A stretch of DNA of 64,000 nucleotides from positions 10,844,311-10,908,310 of the forward strand of contig CAJINV010000001.1 of NCBI GenBank assembly GCA_905178155.1. Direction: 5' to 3'. Each line of letters starts with the position of its first letter. The first letter of the stretch is position 1. Source of the DNA: Amoebophrya sp. A120 (Eukaryota; Protista; Dinoflagellata). Shown piece by piece: positions 25,501 through 39,200 of the stretch. The translations under genes were made by a program, and so were the position numbers. Under the pieces are notes generated by a model, which searched no databases, had not been told where the DNA came from, and worked only from the letters and a program-made list of their open reading frames with translations.

Positions 25501-27979
25501 CCAGCTGTCCGGCTCGGAGGCGATGAATACGATGATGACCAACTACGTCGAATTCAAAAAGAAGCAAAGCGCCGAGCTCGTCTGGGACTACATTGCGCAG
25601 CACCTGATGCCCTCCTTTCCGCGGTCGACGAGCTGGGCCCTTTGTGAGTCCGACACAAGCCTGGGAAACATGAAGTTCGTTGGAAAGCTGGGGGAAGGGA
25701 TGATCGGGAGGGTGTACAAGGTAAGGAAAGCACGAAAAGAAATAGAGCGCCCGGAGTTGTACATACAAGCTTGTAGTTCTTGTTTATTCATCACTGTATC
25801 GAGAAAATGAAAATGTGCTGGACTCAAATACTGTGTTACTACACAAAATCTGTCATGATCTTGGAGGAGGTCAGCACGACCAAAATATTGTGAAGGATTT
25901 CGAAAAAATACAACGCACAACAGGGAATGTTGATGAAACCATCCGAAATGGCGGAGAAGCAAGTGAAATTACAGGACTTGCTGGCGAATTGGAATACGGA
26001 CCCGAGACGGAAAGGCCAGCCCCGACCCAAGCACTTTGCCGTGAAGAAAATTCCCAAGTGGCGCTTCGAAAACGGTCCGGAGCTCGAGGCCCTGCTGCGA
26101 GAGTGCAGGATTCTGTCCAGCTTTAACCCGCACCCACGAATAGTTGAATTGTACAACATCGTTATCGAAGGAAAATGAAACTGTGATAGTGTAACAGTCT
26201 TGCGTTGACAGCATGTAGTTGACAAATGTGCTGCTCTGCATGGCGGAGAAAACCTGTCATGCACCATGGCTACCACTTGAAAACCCACAAGAAAAGACGA
26301 CTTGGTGGGTCGTGTCTGGCATGACCGGTGTGACTGTTTGGCATTTTCTGCATCACAGACTTACGCTCACGCCGTTTTTCTCTTGCATGACCGTGGCGTC
26401 GGACACCTTCATCTACATCATACTCGAATATGCCGGGAGAAACAGTCTTTTCGAGTACTTACCTGTGACATGTATGCGATTTCGACATCATGATCGTCAA
26501 AAATTCTACTCTCCCGGGATGAAAATGAATCACCACACACGCCGCGGCAGGGTCGCGCATGTGCGAGCGCTTCTGTTTTTTCGTGGTGCAATAAGAGCAA
26601 CATTTGCAGCTAGTTGATACGAGTATGATTGTAGTTGTAAGTGTTTTGAATCTTACTTGAACAACTTGTGTAGAGTTTACTGATTGATAAAACAGTCTGC
26701 TGGCCCACGAGCAAAGAAACTCGGGCGGACCAGTGGACGGCTTCCTCGCGCAGCGGCTTTTCTTGCACATCACCGAGGGACTGGCGTACTGCCACGGAAG
26801 GTTTGTCTGTCACCGCGACTTGAAGCCGGAGAATTTCATAATGGAGACGCCTAAGGACCATGCGCGCTACAATCCCGACCGGCCATGGTCAAGTGACTCT
26901 TTGAAGATTGCGGACTTCGGTCTCGTATGCATTGCAAATATGTCTGGACTATTTGTCATTGTCATTGCATGTTCAGAGCAAAACCAAAAGCAATAAAAAA
27001 CTTCTGATGCTGTCATGCCGTACAAGTAGATGCTACTTAGTACTATGTATGCGATGCAAGTAGCAGCAACACAAACTTCCAGACCCAGACATAGTTTCAA
27101 AGCATATCTCGCCGCCACCTTGAAAGCGGGGCAGAGACTGATGGCGCAGTGCGGCTCCATGCCCTTTGCGGCGCCCGAAGTGATGGCTGCAAAGAGCTAC
27201 GACGGGTATTTGTGATTGATTGTGGTGGATATTCGTCTTCACTTGTGCAAATGCGCAGACAAGTTTGAAGATAGTACTTACCATCAACATCAAGATCAGC
27301 ATGTTCGCTGGGGTGTATGTACAACACAAGAAAGTAGATGATGACCACGATGAAAGTGTGTGTGTCTTTGTCTCACGTAAGTAGGTACTTGCGTCGTAGG
27401 GAAGATGAGAAGTACAACTATCGATCCTCGAGGTGAGGTCCGCAGCTTCTGTGAAAACAAGGTTTAAGCTGGACGTGTGGAGCATTGGCGTGGTTTTGTT
27501 GGAGCTGACGTGTGGCGTAAGTAAGATGGAACGCTTGATGCGGTGGCCGATGGACGGGGCACTGTTTGCGGACGAAGAGAAGGCCCGGGAGATCTTCCAA
27601 AGAACCTCTAACGAGGAAAAGTTTCGGAACGACATCGTGCGCGACTTTCGACCCGACTACATGCGAAAAGCCGGCAACGAGTCCATCAAAAACCTCCTCA
27701 ACATGTTAACCAGAGAGCTGCTGGTATGATATCTCGAGGATAGATACTCTAGCTACTAGTGTTGATCTTCCGTGTTGTAATTCCGTGGCGCGAATCTGAA
27801 TCACAACTGGTGCTGGTAGCGGATCTAGATAGAAAATTCAACCCTCGGGATGATTGGATCTAGACGTAGAAACGATCCCTCAGGTCTTCGACGAGGCAAG
27901 ACGGTCCAGCATAACGCAGATCGAACAAAGCCCGTGGGTGGTCGACGCGAGACGCCGCGCAAAAGAATGGGGTCGTTAG
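22533..27979 (+). CDS. Ser/Thr protein kinase (CAMK/SNF1-like domain) with long N-terminal extension; 10 introns
   Basis: Spliced motifs LGEGMIGRVYK, FAVKKI, HPRIVELY, YIILEYA, CHRDLKPEN, KIADFGLA, CGSMPFAAPE, DVWSIGVVL, ELLVFDEARRSS. Introns 23760-23990, 24222-24344, ~24423-24698, 25051-25328, 25721-25923, 26161-26392, ~26458-26695, 26925-27110, 27206-27461, 27724-27883. Confidence 0.9.
25052..25324. mobile_element. Family A TIR introner (A2), forming GT-AG intron 25051-25328
   Basis: TATCCTGCGTAAAAACGTCCCCACCCC...GGGGCGTTTTTCCTCAGGATA; diverged TSD AACGG/CAAGG; removal gives QINGADVDERG. Confidence 0.88.
26163..26389. mobile_element. Degenerate TATC-starting introner in the kinase gene
   Basis: Begins TATC, flanked by ATCGT/ACCGT, several GCATGAC/GTCATGC motifs; removing 232 nt gives LYNIVASDTFIYIILEY. 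Confidence 0.6.
26926..27106. mobile_element. Degenerate family B introner immediately after the kinase DFG motif
   Basis: TATGCATTGCAAATATGTCTGG...CTTCCAGACCCAGACATAGTTTCAAAGCATA; perfect TSD TCTCG; removing 186 nt gives DFGLAATLKAG. Confidence 0.88.
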
Positions 27980-29582
27980 TGAGGCTGTCGCTGTCCTGCC
28001 CCCCGGGTGCGCTGCAAGAATCGTAGGAGTACTGGTGGCCTGCTACCGCGGCGAGTACTATTCACCAAAGTTTTTTTTCGACGAGCCTACGAACGTACCT
28101 CGGGTAGAGATCAAAAGTAAGATTGTCTTGTTCACTCGCGTACTAGCTTTTATCTCTAGAAGGTTTTAGAACAAATTGTTGATTTCGTCCGCGCTCTTGT
28201 CGTCAACCACACACAAATCAATCGCTAACACTAAGATAGACTCGATGCTTATATCTAGACTTATGTACAAAAGCAAAAAACTGAGCTGCCATAGTTGTTT
28301 TGATAAATGATACTGATGAGCTACAGCTGAGAAAGCTGCTGTCGTGGTAGCATGGTAGGATGAGCATCCTATCCTCCTGTAAAATTCAAATTGAAGATGC
28401 GACGAAAGCCAGCACTTGGATATCAGTAGTGATAGCTACATCTAGTACAGTACACCTAGTATACATAGTAATTACAGGCTTGTCTTCCCTCTGAGACGGC
28501 CCACCTCCTGTGACGCAAGCAAATTGCTCACGAGGTTATTCTAGAGTAAATTTCGTAAAGAAGTGTGCAAGCGAAACAGCGACTAGCACGGAGGTGCATG
28601 AGTCAGGTCAGAAAAAAAAAAAACCTCTGGAAGATACTTGAAGTTGGCTTACTATGTAGTGCTGTCATTCTTTTTGTCTGACTCTGAGTAGATTAATATG
28701 TACAAAACCTGCGTAGAGGTAGTAACTGTAGCTGCTTTCTGCGTGGACTACAATTAGGATAAATGAAAATAAAGGAGACCATATGCATTTCTTGAAGCGA
28801 CGCTTGGTGACCCTGTAGTGAAAGCTGTATGGGCAGCGGGAGGCGGCTTGTTCCGTTGAAGGGTGAGCCAGCAAGCCCTGCGGATTTGGAGGAGTCAGGG
28901 AGCTCGTCCTTTGCTTTCCGTCGCTATAGCATGGCAAGGTCAGACCCGCTGAACTGTCACCACTGAAAACAAGCGTAAACAGTACAGGTCATTGAACATT
29001 GTCGCGATTTTTATCTGGTGACTTTCCCACATGATGATAATGGTGATTGGCTGCCAGGCAGCACGACCTACACCTTTTCGTGCCAGTTCACGCATCTCAT
29101 GTTCGGAATCTGGGAGGCAGGATGCAGTGGGAGTCTATCGCGTTTCTGAACACTTGATCCCGACGGAAAACTTGAATTGTTGCTGTGCTGACCTGGTCAG
29201 TGAATAGAGTATTCTGTTTGTTGGAGTACGGTACCGTTCTCATGAGGTATCTATGAAGGGCGTTCTTTCGATCGGTGGATCGATCCGGGCAGTGACTTCT
29301 TGGTGTGTGGTTGCTACGTACCAGTGAAGCTTGAGCGATGTAGTGGAGAAGGCTATGGGAAGGTTATACTAGGCCCTAGCGAATGTCTTTTAAGCTGACG
29401 CGGCGGTGGGTGGACGACAAGATTTTTTCCGCATTTTTCAAGGCCGGAGCCAACTGGCAAAAGTATTAGGACTACATTCACGACAATCGAAGCAAAAGCT
29501 GAGGAGGTGGTCTGCAATGCATTTGTTCTCACCTTCTACCTAGAATTGGAATTCAAGATTCAACCGCTAAGCGTGTTTCACG

Positions 29583-32500
29583 ATGCCGTATTCTTCTGTT
29601 TATCCGCCAGTCACATCCTCATCAAGCTCGCCTCGCCGCAGAAGACGTCCGCTGGACTATCGAGGCCCGCGGCTCGCCACACTGTTGGCGTACTCGGTCG
29701 AGCAGCGGGGGCTGGGCATAGCAGATGATGAGACAGAGAACAGGACGAGCGAAGACCAAGACAGAAAAAGGCCCGGAAAAAACGGAGTCAAGGACGAAGA
29801 TGGCTTTACTGCGGCGACAGAGCAGGAGCATGATTCGGCTTCTTTCACCATATCGGACCCAAACAAGTTCATGACGAAAAATCTCCTTTTGGGCTCTGCG
29901 TCCAAACCGTCGCTGCGTGCAAAAATTGGTGGTTCGTATTCACAGAAACCTCCTCCCTCTGTTCCCGTGCTGAAGAAACCAGAGGAGCTCGGAAATATGC
30001 GACCCGGTGAGGATGCGAAGCCAGTGCGCGCCGGTGCTGGAACCAGTGTCAGTGCAGCTGAAGGAACAGCACTAGAACTTCCGGCTGTTGTGGCAGAGTG
30101 CCAAGCGCAGGAGGAGAAAGCTGCGCGGCCGGCGGGCTTGCTGCAAATAGAAGAGAGCCTGGTGCTGCCGATGACGGACCTGTTGGCGCAGCCGTCAAGA
30201 GTAGCCGCGGGGCCTTCAAGTACAAGTTTTGTTGGTCGTGACCAGTCCGAGGAAACGAGTACTAGATCCAATAAAAAATCACAACAAAAACAGAAAGGGA
30301 ACAAAGCAAAAAACGATCAAGGCACAACTGCGCGGCTCGTGGCCAGGTCTCCGGCGAGGCTCACCCGAGTGCTATTTGGAGGAACAAGTACCGAGTTAAA
30401 CGAGATGCAACCAGATCTAACGAATACTAAAAGTGCAGACGATGCGAATTTGAAAGGTGGTAGAGCCGGGCGGATGCAATTTACCGTGGAAGAGGAAGAA
30501 GAACATAATTCCTACGGTGTTGGAGGCGGGGAAGAAAGAACAAGCAAATCGAAATCAGCAGTGTCTGCCCCGAACACAGACTTGCGGAGGCGGCTGCGTG
30601 CTCTGCGAAAGCGGTATCGGAAGCTGGAGCGCGCCTGCGAGTATTACCGGAAGCGGCTGCGCAAACTGGAAGGAGGACAAGAAATATCGGACGCTGACGA
30701 GGACGAGTTTCCTGTTGCACAAAGGGTTTCATTTGACAAACATGGTGCGCGTTTTGAGCCTTGCGCCCAGGTGGAACAAGCCTCCCTGCAGATGAAGGTC
30801 CATTCTGATGACGGGGGCGTTGGTGCGCAGCTGGAGGATCCTCTTCCCGCGTCGGACGACTTCGATGCAGGGCCGGCGGTCAAAACAATGCGCACTACGG
30901 TCGTGAAGCACATGTCCTCGACGAGGACATTAGACTCCCCCAGGATTTCGAATCTGCGAGCTGGTCCTGGTCTTTCTTCATTCCTGCAATCTCCGGAACA
31001 AGGCGACAGGAATTCTTTGATACCTGGCACGATATCAAAAAAAGCCGGCTCGCTGCAGCATGCCCGGGAAGAAGAAGAAGGTGAACAACGAACTGACAAT
31101 GAGACGTCTTGCAGCCGCGGCTCTTTTCTCATGTCGAAGATGATAACGAGGAGGAAAAAATCTTCGCGGATGCTAATGGCGCAGAGCAGATACTCCCGAG
31201 CAACGACGGCCTCGAAACGCACCTCAAGGAGACGCACAGGGCACAATTTGGGTGTTTCGTCGTTGCGTAGGTCGACGCACATCAACAGAAGCGTCAATTC
31301 TAGCACACGCAGAAGCCGGAGGACTACGGCGTTCGCGTCTGTCGCGGAGCAGGCAGCCGCGGAGCTCTCGGACATCGTGCTGGATTCCTTCGTGGAGGTT
31401 TATTTGCAGCACAGCTGTAGTGCGGATGCAATAACAAGTCCTCGCGGGTTCTACTTGGATGAACGGCCGCAGGAGGAGGAGCGGCAGACTGTCTCGGGTG
31501 AGGGCGACGCGGGACGAGCCACCGGAAGTGGAATCAACAAAGAACTGAGAAGCGACCAACTCGTTCTCACGCCCGAAGACAGAAACATTCTGGTTCCGGA
31601 GGTGGAGTATCAGCTTAAGTTGCTGCTCGTGCGCAACCGGCCGCTGCTGGATTCGGTTGTAGAAACTGCAGCGCACTGGCAGGGCAATCAGAAGCGGTTT
31701 GACCAAATCCCTGCGACCAAGGTGGAAGAAGCCTGCGTGCGTTTGTTGCGGTACTACAACTCAAAGGGGTCCTCGTACGATGCCAATAGTAACGGCGGAA
31801 GTTGTCTTCATCGCGCAGGACGAGCGCCGCACACCGACCCTGTTTGTAATCAAAAAGGTCCTCCGGGGGATGATGTTGCAGTTGTCAGGAGTAAGAAGGA
31901 AGATGTGTCTGCTCCTTCGTCGCGTGTGAATCAGCAGTCCACGACGACGACCTCACCGAGGCTGACCTCCTTGATGTCGTTGTCATCACCAGGAGCGTGT
32001 CCGAGGGTGAGACCCTCGGCGGCAGGAACGTTCTCTCCCTCATCTCCGTTTCCGCGCCACACACGCATGCAAGGAAGACATCTGTACGCGACAGGAGCAA
32101 CCTTAGCGGCCTCTCCATCCGTAGTAGTACAAGCACGGAACAAACACAGCCCCGTAGTCGCGCCGCCGTACGCAGGCGACGCAGGTGCCGCTCCTGCAGG
32201 AGCTGACTTTTTGGGTGAGTTTTTGCAGGTGCTGGAGAGCCTCTTTATCGGCGAGGCGGAGATCACCGCGACTCTGTACTTTCAGGGTGACTTAGCAGCG
32301 TACGGTTTTCCGGAACTGTTGGCGCAGCGGAATATTCCCCTCCGGGGGCCGGTGGAAGGCGGCTGCAGCAGCGCGCTTGGAGCTTGTGCTCCTGGCGGCG
32401 GAGCCCTAGTACAGGATCACCGCGCGGCCGCGGTGTTGCAAGTTGAGAGGTTCTTCGTGAACTCAACGGTGACAACTGGCGTAACCCTGTCGAAGCAGCG

Positions 32501-35078
32501 CATCTCCAAACCGCGCTCGTTTCTGCAGCTGCCGCAGTGGCATCGCGGCGGTGTGGTATTTGAGCTTTCGTCCACGGGGCCACTGCGTATCCTGGTTTCT
32601 CTTCAGATCGCCGGCGCGGCGCCCGCCCGTAGTACGGGTTACAACTGTTCGGCTGACGATTTTTGTGGGAAGAAATTTAGCCACACGACTCCCCGGGACG
32701 TTCATCTTGACAACAACGCGACGTCGCCGATTAAAAACAAAAATCAGTTGCTTTCTCCAACGCTGTCGCGTGCATCACAGGTGTCGCCTTGGATACCAAG
32801 GGCAAGTGGGCATGCATCAATGCGACGACCGAACCAAACCGGGCACCCCAATGTGTACGATGGGGCTTTATTCAGCCAGATTTTTCGGGAGCTAGATGAG
32901 CACTCCGACCTCGCGAATGAAGTCGCGCAAGCTGCGGCCGAGAAACGAAAACGGCAGAGTGCTCAGTTGGGCGTGCACCTAGATACCAGAGAGCTCAGTG
33001 ACACGACCAGAGAAACCAGCAGGTTTCATCCCCCGGTGTCTCGCCGTCAGGATGAAAAACCACTGCCAGCACTGTCCCCGTTGACCTCAACCCTGGGTGG
33101 CCTCAATCATGGGTGGAGCCATCAGATGAAGAGTCCAGTTGCAGCAGTGGATAGGCTCAAACTGGCGGATCTTCTCGGGGCCATAGCTGCATCGCACGTG
33201 CGCCGAAAGGTCTTTCAGATGACGCTAGCGCACCTGACAGCGGTGCGGTTTGTCGGCAAGCTGGCACTGGACCTCTTTCGCCTGTTTGAAGGCAACATCG
33301 CGCGAGCGGCCGCGAGCCGACGCGGATTGGCGTTTCTAGGCCATCTTCGAGGCGAAATGTTGCTTCGGTCGGGCAGCGATGATGGGCGCGGAATCTTAGG
33401 GGTTTTGGAATCCGGGATGAAAAAGGTATAGGATGCCATACATATCGCGTTTTTTTTTTATTTTTTAGAAGTGAATCTTGTTGAGCGATTGCATTGTTTT
33501 TGATCCTTGCAGTGAGCTGCGATCTTCGCTCGATGTGGATTGCTCTCTGTGGTCACCAGAGAATTTACTTTCTTGTGAAAGCGTTCAACTCTCGCGACAC
33601 GTTGGGAAATTGAGTTGTACTACCATGAAAAATAACGTTCAGCGGCTGGAGGAGTTGTTGCCTGGCTCGCACATGGCCCGGATTTTGCTCGTAATGGGCG
33701 ACTATCTTGTGGTCGCACCGTTTACTGCCATGGTGTTTGTTGACGGGGATAGTCAAAAATATGCCGAGCTCCGGTCCCCAAGCCACCTTCTGAATGCCAA
33801 TGGGACCACGTCAGCTGCCCCTGCTACTACACCATCGCGAACGACGAACACTGCTACCACGACATCAAGAGTGACGAGACATAAAATGGCCTTTGGAGGA
33901 GTTGGCATGTCGAGAAAGCAGCACGTCTTTCTCCCCCGTTCGCGGGGTTTCTCTGGCTACACATCGAGGGCGGGCGGTGGAGGGCAGCAACGCGTTGGTA
34001 GTTTTTCGGCGGCTAGTTTTCACACTTCCAAGCTGGTGAGCAGCAGCGCAAGCCACGTGCGCGCTGAAGGAAGATACTCCACGTGCTTCTATCTCTGCGC
34101 CGACACGCGGCAGTACTACCACGAGCGGGGGGCCTTCCTTGATCCCGAAGTCGACGGTGCGGAGTTGTGCTTTAGCAAACACACGGCGCACACGCTGGAC
34201 GACGTGCATTTTTTGTCGGCGCCGGTGTTCCTCTCGCCGCAGGTAGCGGGGAAGATGCTGGAGGAAGGGAGCCACTTTCACAGCGAGGCCGTCCCCCCAG
34301 ATGTGGCGCTGCTTCAGCAGAAAAACCAGCTTCTGCGCCTTCCACTTCCCCCGTATAGCTTGCTCAGACGCTACAATCTCAAACGTTACAATAGAATCTG
34401 GAATTTGTCTTGCATGCTGAGCATGACAGAATCGCAGAGCGTTCCACTTTCTGCAATACAAACTTCGCCTGATTGTAGTGGGGTTTGGGACTCCGGAACT
34501 TGTCATGCGCGATCCTATGAGAGTTGGCTAGATCATGCACTCTTGCATCACAGATTTCCATATTATATTGTAACGTTTGAGATTGTAACACCTTAGCGGG
34601 TTATACCCCAACCGCGGCCATTTTGCACGCCCAGAAACTACAACCTACAGCCGCGGTCGTTGGGGACACTACTTCAGCGGATCGTGACGAGAATCAAGGT
34701 GGCGAGGGAGGAGCCGCAGGAAACTCGGTAGCAACGACTACTGCACCTCCCCTAACGAGTTGCGCAAGCGGGATGAGCAACATACAACACGACGCCTTCG
34801 CTGTTGTGCAAATACTTTCCTATCGCAGGCCGTTTTCACCCACCGATGTGGACAACTTTCAGCACGCAGTGGATGTCTTCAGCCTCTCGCTCGAATCGGC
34901 TCTGCTCTCCCACTATTTAGATCGGGCCGAATTTGCTACCCTGGGTGAGTAGAGAAGGGCTGTGATCAAAGGTGGAGAAAAATGCAGCTGTTGCTGCACC
35001 TTCTGCTGCGCAGGATTAGAAGCGCGACCCGACCGCAGTGGAGGGGGGCAGATCGGACGAGAAGTGAATAGAATATGA
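29583..35078 (+). CDS. Large, mostly low-complexity protein with a possible degenerate C-terminal GAF-like segment; introns ~33426-33633, 34367-34596, 34945-35013
   Basis: A 1282-aa ORF followed by ORFs joinable in frame. FAVVQILSYRRPFSPTDVDNFQHAV resembles the last strand and helix of GAF domains (weak). End approximate. Confidence 0.55.
34367..34596. mobile_element. TIR intron of a distinct family (D), GA-AG boundaries
   Basis: ~38-bp TIR TACAATCTCAAACGTTACAATAGAATCTGGAATTTGT (from 34372) / ACAGATTTCCATATTATATTGTAACGTTTGAGATTGTA (to 34587); internal GCATGAC (34421) and GTCATGC (34502); removal restores the frame (SLLTGYTPTAA). Confidence 0.78.
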
Positions 35079-36225
35079 ATGTATGATAAGTGTAGGATTG
35101 CTCGCTCTCTTCAGTTTCTAATGAATCAGCGGCATCTTATTTACTTGTAAACAAGATGGACGGAGCCCCCGATTAGTGATCAATGTTGACGTAGTTCGAT
35201 GCTTCTGGAAGTAGAGATAAACGGTGAAAGGCAACATTGACTTCCTGCAAAAGGAAGGACTACAAAAAGAAAATGACAGGAGTATTAGATTGAGGAGAAA
35301 AGTAGCAATGCGGAAGTCCTTCAGGACGATACATGGCCCGCAGTGGAGGGAACAATAGATCGATCTCGATAGATGCTATATTCATTTTGTTACAACTCCC
35401 TGACGTGGAAAGTAAAGGTTCTGATGGGGAAATAGAAATGTGCGAATTTACGCTGTCTCGGTACGGAAAAAAATGTATGACGGAAGAATCGGTTTTGCCC
35501 TCGATCTCGGAATCGGTGATGAATGTGATGAAAGTGCTTTTCCATGAAAGCGGAAGGATCTGAAATTAGTTGTTTCTACTCACACGAAAATCAAGAGATC
35601 GAAAATTATAGTTTTCTTTAACTACGCCATCAAGGTCCTCATGAAATGTTCAAGAAAGCACCCATTGCCATTTCCACCATATCATTTCACGTGTAACACT
35701 CTCAAGATGTTGGAATTTTCCATGCGCAAAATGAGATTGAGAAAGTATAAGTAAAAGCAAAATGCAATACCCGTACGCAACGCTAGCTGGCTCGTAAGAA
35801 GATGGTTTTTGATCACACGGCAAGGCAAGAAATGAGCTCCCGAAAATGCAGCATGGTAGTTGTAGGTTTTTCAGGATGTTTTTCTTTTCTTCATAACGTA
35901 GTGATAGTTCCTTGAAGATTTCAATTCATGCAACTGGTGCCACAGGGAAAAGAGACAACGCAAACCGCCGCTGGACAGCGGCTGGTTGGTAGTAGAAAAA
36001 AGGGTAGATTTGATTCGAAAAAGTTGCCTGTACCAGAAAAACAACAACAAGATTAAGTAGGAGAATGAATATACCAGCAATACTTCTTGCGAACTACAAC
36101 CACAAGTACTGATTTATTTTCACGTGAAATAAATAAAAAAAATTCTCGATCAAGAGGTACTTACTCATCATGTCCTCTCTGTGGTGGTTTCTACAATCAC
36201 TAGTAAATGCGAGAAGTGGATTAAA

Positions 36226-39200
36226 ATGGATTTTCCAGTAGAAGGAAGTACTCGAACTCGACGCAGGAAGGTCCCCCTCCTCTCCGCCCCATTTCTCTGG
36301 GGGAGCGCACAGCTTGCGGCGTACCTGGTCATCTCCCATGTCGTTACCTCATCCATCCCGGCGGCATCGTACTCGCTGCCGGTGCGCGTCGGCGATCTGG
36401 TTGCGGTCCGAGGGGTGCACGACGGCTCCCTGTTCGAGGTGATTGAAAAACAGGGGAAGGATTCCTGCACGGTGCAGTGCCTACACACGGACAAAGTGAA
36501 CACGGAGAACTGCCGGCTGTTGGAACCCGTGCGCCCTCTGTGGCGGCCCGCGGACGCGCACTGCCTCCGGCTGGAGAAGCCGGCGCCGACAAACGCCTAT
36601 TTTGACCCGCCTCCCGCGGCGGATCCGGATTCTGCGAACGAGGACGGGAGAGGACCACCCGACCATGGGGACGGTGCAGCGCACGTGGCACGGGTGGTGG
36701 CGGAGAGTGTCGCCCGGCCGCTGCAGGTCTGTCCGAGCAGCGCCACCAAGGACAGTATGAGGACGGATCGAGTGCTGAGCGCACTGGCCCGAGCGCACGC
36801 GGCCGACAAGGCTGAGGAGCAACGTAAAGCTGGAGGCGACGCGCCCGCGCCGGTCAGAAGTGGTGGTGGTGCTACTATCAAGGTCGTGGATACGCAGCTC
36901 TTTCGGACCATGAACGCACTATCCGCTGACATGCAGCGCCGGCTGGGGATTGCGACGAACGCCTTGATGTCGTCGCAGAGGTCAGGTGGTAGCTACGCCG
37001 GAGTTCTGGGGCCGCTGGGTATGGGACTGAACAAGCCGCGGGCCAAAAGCGAAGCCGAGATAATGAATGCGTGGCTCGATACGTATCTAGTGGCCGCCGT
37101 GGAGGAAGTGATGCAGCAGCAGGCCGCCGTTGAAGGAAGTGCGGTCGCTTCCGTGGCGGCGCTCAAGTGGGTCGAGTCTAGAGGGCGGGGAAGTGGATCA
37201 TCGCTACAAAGTTCGCGGGAGGAACATCAAGTGCAAGTGGACGCACTCGCACAGCTGGCGCGGACATCCCACGGAGCAGGCTCCGCGGGGACAACGCCGG
37301 GAGTCTCTGCGTCGCCGACGGGGCGAGTCGCAGCTGCCTTCGGGGTGATGCAAGCCCGCGCAGACAGGGAGCGGCGGACTACTGTCGACTTCCAGTCTAA
37401 TAGGTATCTACGCGTCTTTTTTTTGCGTTATTCGATGAATATCTACCTGCTACAACCTTTGCCGTTCTGCCGGGTCCGAGATTTATTTCTGATTTGACTT
37501 CCTCTGATCAACCATGTTGCATTCGCCTTGGCATAAACTACACTAAGTAAGCGCTGCGGTTGAACATGCGAAAGAAGTATTGACCATGCATAGAACCTTC
37601 ATCACTTTGATCGCACTAAAACAGATTTCACGAAACTCGCGCCCCTCTGCCAAACGAGGAATTATTTGCCGTCAAAAACTTGGAACGGCGGAAGGCGTGG
37701 GAATATGGACTTGAAGATTATATCGAGCGCGGAAGTGCCGTAGCGGGACATGACTCAGCCTTGACCGAACCACCACACGCTGCGAAAGTGCTAACGGTAT
37801 CTCCAAACTACGACGCAAACACTGGCGAGTTCAAGGGTGTCGGTCTCGCCTGGGTTCTTGCGAGAGAGAGTGGGCTACAACTACAACTGCCTGCCGCGGG
37901 CGGGGACGATCCTCGTGGAATTCTGTACAGGAACGCGCAATTGTGGGCGTTAGCGGAGTCTTCAAACCCGGCGAAACTGCCCTACGCGGTTGTCGACGAG
38001 GAGGAGGTATCAAATGTAAAAATGTCTGGGTCTGGAAGATTGCCAGGTTTGTCATGCACATTTTGCATGACTCCTGATGTCTGTGATGCATGCCGTAGCA
38101 TCACAGATTTTGTGAGGGCTTCCTGATGCCTATACCGCATGACAAATGCTCTTTCCGCGTAGCAAAACTTGGACTCTCTTTGCTGCTCATGCGATACAGA
38201 TTTTTTTAGAATCCAAAATCAGCATGACAAGTTGGATTCTTCCAGACCCAGACATTTTTACATTTGATAGGAGGTGGCGCGGCAGTTTGGCGCGGGCGCG
38301 GTGTCCCACTTTTTCAACAACGACCTCCGGCAGATGCGGGACCAGCGTCTCAGCTACGTCCAAACCGGGTACTGGAACCAGAATCGGGGAAGCGCCTCGC
38401 TGTTCCCACTGCTGATAGTGCTGATCGTGCTGGCCAGTCTGGGCATCCTGTTCCAGGTCTCGCTGCTCGTGCCCCTGGGAAAGGACCCGGAGGTGGATCC
38501 CGCCTGGATGCGGGAGGCCGCCTTGTGGGAGATGTGGCGTGCGGAAAATCCGGACGAGGAGTGCGAAAGCATCGCGGACGTGAAAAAGCGTCTGGAGGAA
38601 TTCAGATTCAAGCTCGAGAGCGAAAGCAAGGGAGTTGTACCAGACACGACGACCGCATCTACTTCTTCACATCTCGGAAACCCGTCGGAAGTGCAGCCGG
38701 TTGTTCCCAGTACGGCGCCGGTCGAAAAAAACCAGGTGGACGGGAACACCAGTCAGGAAAACCAGGAGGACTTCCCGGAGCTGCGGTCGGAGGAGGATTT
38801 TCTGCAGCCGAAGCTGTCCAACTTGAAGCCGTCTTCCAAGCGACAGCACGCACTGACGGCGGAGGAGAGCGAGTTTCTGGGCAAGCAGGTGGCGGCGTTC
38901 CTGGAGGATCAGGACGTCGAGGGGCGGTTCGAGCGCTCCAATTCGGGGACGACGGACTCGGAGCTGGGCGGGCACAAGGGGCTGGCGAAACAAAACGCCG
39001 TGAAGAATGCAACCGTCTGTGGGGACAAGGGGCAGGAGATGCGCGAGGCCGCGCTGAAGGCCGCGAGAGGCCGCCACGCCGGCATTTGGTGCGACCGCCG
39101 CAAGCGCCGGCCCTGGGCCAACCGGTGGGGCACCGGCGGTGGCTCGGATCATCAGCAGCCGGGAGTCGTCGTCCCGGGCTCCTCCCCGACGGGGTCGGCG

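Noticed and set aside
26440-26698. 9-bp direct repeat AAACAGTCT as the TSD of kinase intron 7
   Set aside because: Using it deletes LFEY, which fits the kinase alphaD consensus. No TIR is visible and the boundary is left unresolved.
28000-29580. Genes or ncRNAs in the intergenic gaps (also 5860-6880, 35080-36220, 52100-53700)
   Set aside because: No supported ORF, tRNA, rRNA or repeat structure was recognised by eye.
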